From a bacterium (GTDB lineage Bacteria; Zhuqueibacterota; Zhuqueibacteria; Oceanimicrobiales; Oceanimicrobiaceae): 11,831 bases of DNA. Positions 1-5,525 of this stretch are shown here, piece after piece; the stretch's first letter is position 1, and every line of letters begins with the position of its first letter. The position numbers and the translations under genes are program-made. The notes beneath the pieces were generated by a model that searched no databases, was not told where the DNA came from, and saw only the letters and a program-made list of their open reading frames with translations. Location: NCBI GenBank assembly GCA_046758365.1, contig JBHIAC010000103.1, positions 1-11,831 of the forward strand, read 5' to 3'.

Positions 1-94
1 TTCTTGATTGTGCGGCTGTTTTGGGGTTGGCTAAATTTTTGAGTTTGAAAGTTGCTGTTTCAGCTAGTTGTTTTGGGGAGATTGTATTGCTCAT
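1..94 (-). CDS. 5' part of a gene running off the left edge; possibly a DNA alkylation repair (AlkD-like) protein
   Basis: Hand translation from ATG at 94: MSNTISPKQLAETATFKLKNLANPKTAAQSR..., open to the window edge. 'LKNLANPKTA' resembles the 'L..LA(D/N)PEKA..M.RYFK' N-terminus of AlkD-family proteins. Only 31 codons are visible. Confidence 0.4.
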   Translation of the reverse strand, partial: MSNTISPKQLAETATFKLKNLANPKTAAQSR

Positions 95-129
95 AAAATA
101 ATTAATTATAAAAAAGTGTTGGAGTTAGC

Positions 130-195
130 CTGTCATTCAGAAGGAATCTTTGTTTGTTTTAACAAAATTCTAAAAAGATTCCTCCTGAATGACAG
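130..195. repeat. 22-bp inverted repeat, REP/RPE-like TGTCATTC...GAATGACA palindromic element
   Basis: CTGTCATTCAGAAGGAATCTTT (130-151) pairs with AAAGATTCCTCCTGAATGACAG (174-195), 21/22 complementary, with a 22-nt spacer. Confidence 0.75.
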
Positions 196-261
196 AAAAA
201 TCGCACATTTTAATTAGGTTAAAATAACTCAAGGCCATTTACAAAGATGAGGTTAGTCAAA

Positions 262-308
262 GAAGATAAGAAGTGAACTTATACATCAGGTGTTCACTTC
301 TTATCTTC
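262..308 (-). terminator. Probable intrinsic terminator of the minus-strand ECF cluster
   Basis: Perfect 17-bp inverted repeat GAAGATAAGAAGTGAAC (262-278) / GTTCACTTCTTATCTTC (292-308) with a 13-nt loop, 33 nt past the PDZ gene stop. On the minus-strand RNA the 3' arm is U-rich and followed by UUUG. Confidence 0.65.
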
Positions 309-341
309 ATGCTCTGCGCCTGTTACATGATAGCGTGATGG

Positions 342-1220
342 TTAAATTGCATCGAAGTCTCGTCTTAAATTGTGCATAATTATTTCTGGTGCGTGAGGAA
401 TATCAAGGCCAAAGCGGTGAATCCTAATACGTGGACGACCCGGTCTCCCGATGCGAAGGTCAAAGAAGTCAGAGTCTTCCAGTTCTATTTCTACCTTTTC
501 GACTTTACTTTTGCATACGTATTCCACGGTTATAACGTCGCCTTCTTCGTAATCATCTAAAGCTTCAATAAGGTCTTCTGGATTCGATATTTGCTCGTCA
601 TCAATTTTGGTGATTACATCACCGGCTTTAAGTCCTGCTTTTTCAGCAGGACTGTCTTCACTAACTTCCCAGATCAACACTCCGCTATTTTTTTCAACTT
701 TAAAATAGGGAGCCAGGTCTTCATTTAATTCCTGCACACGCACTCCCAGCCGCGGCCTGCCTCCAATAATTAAAATGTTGTTATCATTCCAATAGACTGG
801 TCTTCGACGTTTAATTCTACGTTTACTTAGGGTGACTTCCACTTTCTTTTCTTCGCCGTCTCGGATAATTAACAGTTTAACCTTGGTACTGGGCTCGGTC
901 TTGCGCACCATCCTTGCGAAATCATCAGCTTTTTCAACTTGTTGGCCATCAAACTCAACAATTACGTCTTCTTCCCACAAACCAGCGTCATCAGCAGGAC
1001 TGTCATCCACTACATCGGTAATGAGCAGACCTGAGCGATTTCCAAGTTTATAGGCCTCTCTTTGAGAGGGGGTCATTTCTTGTACTCTCACGCCCAGCCA
1101 GCCTTTTTGGGTTTTTTCTACGGCATTACCTGCGTTCAAGGCTATAAGCAATAATCCCCCAAAAAGAAACACGAATGTAAAAGATTTAGTAATTCGATGA
1201 GACTTATATAGTTTTAGCAT
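342..1220 (-). CDS. Secreted or membrane-anchored tandem PDZ-domain protein (HtrA/DegP-type PDZs, no protease domain)
   Basis: Two PDZ units: GWLGVRVQ...GLLITDVVDDSPADDAGLWEEDVIVEFDG and PRLGVRVQ...GVLIWEVSEDSPAEKAGLKAGDVITKIDD. N-terminal hydrophobic segment (FTFVFLFGGLLLIALNAGNA). Start moved from 1232 to ATG 1220 because GGAGG lies just upstream (ttGGAGGttaaaATG). Confidence 0.9.
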   Translation of the reverse strand: MLKLYKSHRITKSFTFVFLFGGLLLIALNAGNAVEKTQKGWLGVRVQEMTPSQREAYKLGNRSGLLITDVVDDSPADDAGLWEEDVIVEFDGQQVEKADDFARMVRKTEPSTKVKLLIIRDGEEKKVEVTLSKRRIKRRRPVYWNDNNILIIGGRPRLGVRVQELNEDLAPYFKVEKNSGVLIWEVSEDSPAEKAGLKAGDVITKIDDEQISNPEDLIEALDDYEEGDVITVEYVCKSKVEKVEIELEDSDFFDLRIGRPGRPRIRIHRFGLDIPHAPEIIMHNLRRDFDAI

Positions 1221-1315
1221 TTTAACCTCCAATTAAAAAGTTAATCCTTCGCTGAGTGTATTAATTCAAAATTTAAATTTTAAGACTCTCTTGAGCGTTA
1301 TAGATTAGCATGGCG

Positions 1316-2527
1316 CTAATACTCAAGGAATTCAACTTGTTTACTAAATTCATCTAATTTGAGATTACCTCGGTTATAAGTGTCGAGATCTTTTTTCTGG
1401 ACTTTCATAATAAAGCGAGTAGGACCATATTCGCTATAGCTCCAAATATCCTTGAAATCTACTGCAATCACCACATATTCCGTTGGCTTAAGGGTTCGCA
1501 GGGTATGACCGTAGTCACCAACAACCTCGACCAAGGCATTCTTAAATTCGTCAAGATACTTGTGTATTTTCTTCTTGGATCTTTTTTCTCGTTCTTTTCG
1601 GGTTATTTTTATTTCCTGACCTTTAATATATTCATCAAGATAGATTTGAATGGGCGATGCTAACCCTTCTCGATTGAGAACACCTTTCATGAAAAAAAGT
1701 ACTCCCAGTCCCTCCAAATAGATCCCGTGGCTTTTGCCTTCGGCACCAAATTCTTTGTGATACTTCTTGCTCAACGCTTTGTCCATGATTTCGGCCATGA
1801 TCTCTATATTCATTTTTATATCGTCGTCCTGAGTTCTCTCATGGAAAACAACATGCTTGCGGAACTCATTTTCATTTATGCGACCTCGTCTATAGGCGAT
1901 GATGTTGCTTTTCTTGACCGTAGCCTCAAGCATCGATATCCGGTTTCGTCCAACACGAAGGAGTTGTTCAGGAAAAACGTAAAACGATTTGTCATTCCCC
2001 AGGCTGACTAATACAGTGATACGTTCTGTATCGTTTAACTGACCAATGGCATCGGCATAACTTCCCAAAAACTCCGTGAGTCGCTCCTTAAGATCCTCGA
2101 TTCGTTTTGTCATAGAGGTCTCAGGCGCTTTCTCTTCGGATTCGCTCTTAGCCTTCATAACCAATACCTCATCGCCTCTTTGATGAGAATTCAACTCTAA
2201 TAGTTTCTTTTGGGATTGTTGTAATGATTCTTCTAATTTTTTGGTGCTTAATAAAAACATATAGTTGCCACTATAATCCACTTGAAAGACAACCCCATAG
2301 CCTTCGAAATAAATACCGCGAGCTTTGCCTTTCCACAGTCCCCACTCGCGTGAGGATGGTTCCAGTAGTTTATTCAAAACGCTTTCCATGATATCCAGAT
2401 CCCGCTGCATGCGGCTCCAATTAATATTCCTTGGGGTCTGAGCGAAAGCAAGAGGCGTTATTAAAAGAAGCGGCCCCATGATTAATCCAGACCAACGAAT
2501 CCCTCGTCGTAAAAAATTCCTTAGCAT
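1316..2527 (-). CDS. Secreted hypothetical protein with an internal two-domain duplication
   Basis: Signal peptide ending ...TPLAFA|Q. The two halves align by eye (GIYFEGYGVVF vs GIYLEGLGVLF etc.). GGAGG directly abuts ATG 2536 but lies 9 nt from ATG 2527, so 2527 is the likelier start. Confidence 0.85.
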   Translation of the reverse strand: MLRNFLRRGIRWSGLIMGPLLLITPLAFAQTPRNINWSRMQRDLDIMESVLNKLLEPSSREWGLWKGKARGIYFEGYGVVFQVDYSGNYMFLLSTKKLEESLQQSQKKLLELNSHQRGDEVLVMKAKSESEEKAPETSMTKRIEDLKERLTEFLGSYADAIGQLNDTERITVLVSLGNDKSFYVFPEQLLRVGRNRISMLEATVKKSNIIAYRRGRINENEFRKHVVFHERTQDDDIKMNIEIMAEIMDKALSKKYHKEFGAEGKSHGIYLEGLGVLFFMKGVLNREGLASPIQIYLDEYIKGQEIKITRKEREKRSKKKIHKYLDEFKNALVEVVGDYGHTLRTLKPTEYVVIAVDFKDIWSYSEYGPTRFIMKVQKKDLDTYNRGNLKLDEFSKQVEFLEY

Positions 2528-2558
2528 TTCTATCATCCTCCAAAAATAAGTTTTGCTA

Positions 2559-2659
2559 GAGACATGGACTAAAACCCCAAATTTGCAGAATTAATAACAT
2601 CTAAGTTATTGTTTTTTTGATCGAGTTTTTTCTAAAAATATACTTTTCGTCCACGTCTC
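2559..2659. repeat. Long-range 16-bp inverted repeat spanning most of an intergenic spacer
   Basis: GAGACATGGACTAAAA (2559-2574) vs TTTTCGTCCACGTCTC (2644-2659), 14/16 complementary, enclosing 69 nt of AT-rich DNA that has a small internal AATAAC/GTTATT stem. Confidence 0.6.
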
Positions 2660-2675
2660 GAGGCTATTATTGGCT

Positions 2676-3389
2676 TCATTTGTTTTGAATAGGGTTTGGT
2701 TGAGAGCTCTGATACTGTGCTACTCTAATCAACTGCTGCAAGATTTCGTTGGTCCTGCGAAAACGGTTCTCGTTTGACAACTGGAACCCTTCCAAACCCT
2801 TTCCTACCAATCGCAGGTCTTGACGCCGTTGTAAATCCATATCCCTTGCAAATTGTGCCAAGACTAGTTCGAGTTCACGACGCTGGCGCGCTTCGGCAGT
2901 ATGGATCATTTCCTGGATGAGTTGCATGGACTGCTGTTTCCACTCAGTAAATTCTTGTTGCTTTACCGGTGCGGCCAGCGGATCTGAAGATGTACTAAAC
3001 TCTGCACTGGGTCGAGGCAGCAAACTCAACTTCACATCAAAGTTTCCCTGAGTGTATTTAGCTTCAAAATTTGACAGAGCCAGAATAATCAGAATCGAGG
3101 CAAAGCTAATAGTTAATCCAACTGTAAATCGTCGCCAACCAATGCCTCTCAACCAATTTGGAATCAGAGAATCCCAATAGGAAGTTTTTTCCTGGACAAA
3201 TACCATATTCAAGTTCGGTTCCTCATCAGGCCAGGTGCTGAGGATTTTAGTAGTTTGAGCTAATTGTGCTAATTCTTTTTGACAGGCCGTGCACTTGGTA
3301 AGGTGCGCTTCGAGGTCTGCTATTTCCACTGAATCCAAGTCCTGATAGAAATACCCAATAAGTTTCTCTTTTGATATTTCACACTTCAT
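2676..3389 (-). CDS. Transmembrane anti-sigma factor with N-terminal zf-HC2 (ZAS) domain
   Basis: MKC...HLTKCTAC matches the HxxxCxxC ZAS motif. One TM helix (FTVGLTISFASILIILALS) and a Q/E/R-rich helical C-terminal region. Overlaps the sigma gene by 11 nt (ATGAAGTGTGA), implying translational coupling. Confidence 0.9.
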   Translation of the reverse strand: MKCEISKEKLIGYFYQDLDSVEIADLEAHLTKCTACQKELAQLAQTTKILSTWPDEEPNLNMVFVQEKTSYWDSLIPNWLRGIGWRRFTVGLTISFASILIILALSNFEAKYTQGNFDVKLSLLPRPSAEFSTSSDPLAAPVKQQEFTEWKQQSMQLIQEMIHTAEARQRRELELVLAQFARDMDLQRRQDLRLVGKGLEGFQLSNENRFRRTNEILQQLIRVAQYQSSQPNPIQNK

Positions 3390-3981
3390 ATTTTAACATC
3401 TCCTCATTAATTTTCCATTTATTGAATACTTTTTTCAGAGCACTGAGTCCGTAATACATCCGTGATTTAACGGTATTCACGGATGTTTGCAGAATATCAG
3501 CAATTTCTGTGAATTTCAATCCTTGATATTCTTTCATAATTATGACTAACCGCTGTTCTTCGGGAATTTCTCGCAGCGCCCGATGGAGTAAATCACGCAG
3601 ATCCAGATTAATGACTGCTACATCGGGATTTGTGGTAGGGTTTGTTACCATTTCCGTAATCTGATTGGTTTGACCGTTGTTTTTTTCTTGCAAGCTTTCC
3701 AAGGAAAAGGTGTTATTTCGACCATGTCTTTTCAACTCATCACGACAGATGTTAATTGCAATTTGATAAATCCAGGAAGAAAATTTTTTGGGATCCCGCA
3801 GACGCCTCAGATTCTGATAAACTCGAATAAACGTTTTCTGACATAGGTCCTTGGCTTCCTCTCTATCCCCGACGTAGCGTAGAATGAAATTGTACAGGCT
3901 TTTTTGCCAACGCCAAACAAGTGTGTTGAATGCATTCACTTCTCCATCAAGAAATTTCTTTATTAATTCTAAGTCCGTCAT
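3379..3981 (-). CDS. ECF-family RNA polymerase sigma-70 factor
   Basis: Region 2 (AFNTLVWRWQKSLYNF...EAKDLCQKTFIRVY...FSSWIYQIAINICRD) and region 4 (LREIPEEQRLVIIMKEYQGLKFTEIADILQTSVNTVKSRMYYG); 200 aa; followed by a ZAS anti-sigma gene. Confidence 0.95.
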   Translation of the reverse strand: MTDLELIKKFLDGEVNAFNTLVWRWQKSLYNFILRYVGDREEAKDLCQKTFIRVYQNLRRLRDPKKFSSWIYQIAINICRDELKRHGRNNTFSLESLQEKNNGQTNQITEMVTNPTTNPDVAVINLDLRDLLHRALREIPEEQRLVIIMKEYQGLKFTEIADILQTSVNTVKSRMYYGLSALKKVFNKWKINEEMLKYEV

Positions 3982-4025
3982 TTATGTAATGTGTGTTCCA
4001 ATTAGATTATTTCGCTTCTATTATT

Positions 4026-4056
4026 TTAGACGATTGTAATCGAAACAAAGTTTTTC
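4026..4056 (-). promoter_or_regulatory. Candidate autoregulatory ECF promoter
   Basis: Minus strand reads GAAAAAC-N17-CGTCTAA, the typical ECF -35 AAC / -10 CGTC layout, about 45 nt upstream of the sigma ATG. The spacer contains the palindrome CGATT-GT-AATCG (4031-4042). Confidence 0.55.
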
Positions 4057-4186
4057 ATATTTTGATATAAATTTGCATAATGAATCTAATCATTTTTATA
4101 GCACAAAGGAATTTTTATACCTATATTATAGTTTATAGTTCTAAACAAAATTAAATTAAAGATTTTTAATATGCAAAGGAGGCCTA

Positions 4187-5185
4187 ATGCTTGTCAAATT
4201 TCAAAAACTACTCTTGTTCACATTTTGTTTTATAATTACTGCTGTGGCATTTTCTCAAAATAACGATTTACCTAAGGAATTCAAACGAATTCTCCCTCGT
4301 GGTCGTATTGCTGCAATTACGAATCCACAATTTGTACCGGCAAATAAAGCTAACATCGCAGATGATTCGTGGGTCTTAGGGGTTGTCGTCAATGGAGAAG
4401 CGCGCGCATACAGCTTAAATTTATTGAATAGCCATGAAGTAGTTAATGATCAAATAGGGGAGACGGCATTTGCTGCTGTATGGTGACCCTTAGCGAATAC
4501 CGGTGTCGTGTACGCCAGAGAATATCAAAGCAAAAAAATAAACTTCGAAGCATCTGGAGGATTAATGCACAGCTCTTTGGTCATGCAGGATCAGGAGACT
4601 GACACTTACTGGGCTATCATGTCAGGTGAAGCCATTGCCGGGGAAATGAAAGGAACAAAACTTAAGGAATTGCCCGTAGGAGAGAAATCTCAATGGAAAG
4701 ATTGGGTCAAAAAATACCCAAACACGCTTGTTCTTTCTGTGAATGGTGTTCAGGATGTTCTTATGAATCATTATAGGGATTATTTCCGTTCGGAGGAAGG
4801 ATTTGGTGGTGCCAGAGCAAAAGACAAAAGGTTAAAAACTAAAGAACCCATATTTGCATTTCATTTAGAGGGTCAAGAATATGCAGTGCCACACAAGGCT
4901 TTAGAATGTGGTAAAGCGTTTGAGGTTGGTAGTATTAAATTGTTCTGTTATCGTCCTAAAAAAGCCGCTATCTTTTACTCAACCATAGCCTACTGGACAA
5001 CCGGTTCAGGCTTTAAAAATGAAAATGGAAAATGGATTGACCTTGATTCTGGCTGTAAATTTGATCCAGATAATGGTGTTTTTGAATCTGGAAAAGAACC
5101 TTGTCCAGAGCGATTTGAGGGATTTGACACTTTTTGGTATAATTGGAGTCTGTCCAATCCAGATACTAAGGTCTTGGAAAATTAG
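4187..5185 (+). CDS. Secreted DUF3179-family selenoprotein, 332 aa with TGA 4484-4486 read as Sec (residue 100)
   Basis: ORFs 4187..4486 and 4508..5185 are in one frame and joined by TGG TGA CCC TTA GCG AAT ACC GGT GTC GTG TAC = W-U-P-L-A-N-T-G-V-V-Y. DUF3179 motifs on both sides: IAAITNPQF, VLGVVVNGEARAY..LLNSHEVVND, FEASGGLMHSSLVMQDQETDTYW...GEAIAG, WKDWVKKYPNTLVL, FWYNWSLSNPDT. Strong RBS AAAGGAGG and signal peptide (..AVAFS|Q). Confidence 0.88.
4487..4518 (+). promoter_or_regulatory. Putative bacterial SECIS element
   Basis: Manual fold: GCG(4493-95)-AA bulge-UAC-CG-[GUGU loop 4503-4506]-CG-U bulge-GUA-CGC(4513-15), extendable by UU/AG. The apical loop begins with G, 16 nt after the UGA. 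Confidence 0.6.
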
Positions 5186-5194
5186 ACAAAAAAT

Positions 5195-5230
5195 ATAAAA
5201 AGGGAGAGCTCGGCTCTTCCTTTTTATTTT
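5195..5230 (+). terminator. Intrinsic (likely bidirectional) terminator after the DUF3179 gene
   Basis: ATAAAAAGGGAGAGC-TCG-GCTCTTCCTTTTTATTTT: GC-rich stem with one G-U pair, flanked by an A-tract and a U-tract, about 10 nt past the TAG stop. Confidence 0.85.
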
Positions 5231-5281
5231 AATTGATTATGCAAACAAATCAGCTAGATTTTATTGAAGCTCAATTATTGC

Positions 5282-5310
5282 TTGAAAAATTAAAAATCAT
5301 TTTGCATATT
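5282..5310 (+). promoter_or_regulatory. Possible sigma70-type promoter for the metalloprotease gene
   Basis: TTGAAA-N17-CATATT. The AT-rich context makes chance matches likely. Confidence 0.3.
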
Positions 5311-5525
5311 TCTATGAAATATGATAGTGCAAATTAGTTATACGGACAATTAATAAAGAATATTCATCCAATTAGAAAGGAGTCAGTTTTGCTTATTGGT
5401 TAAAGATTAGAGGACAAATGTCCCTATTACAATTTCCGCTCAGGATACATATCCATAACAATCTATGATTCAACCACCCCAGAGAACTAATTTAATATTC
5501 CACTTAATAACCAAAGGAGGGTAAA

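Noticed and set aside
372..2011. Plus-strand ORFs 372..560, 832..1053 and 1727..2011
   Set aside because: Antisense shadows of well-supported minus-strand genes with no recognisable motifs.
2500..2527. Twin-arginine (Tat) signal in NFLRRGI
   Set aside because: Does not fit S/T-R-R-x-F-L-K; an ordinary Sec-pathway signal peptide is adequate.
4484..4486. Genome-wide TGA reassignment (code 4 or 25)
   Set aside because: TGA ends the sigma (3379-3381), anti-sigma (2676-2678) and TBDR (10817-10819) frames at plausible C-termini, and no other long gene here has an internal TGA.
4508..5185. Independent 225-aa gene starting at GTG 4508, with 4187..4486 as a separate 99-aa gene
   Set aside because: Same frame, continuous family motifs across the TGA and no RBS before 4508; better explained as one recoded gene.
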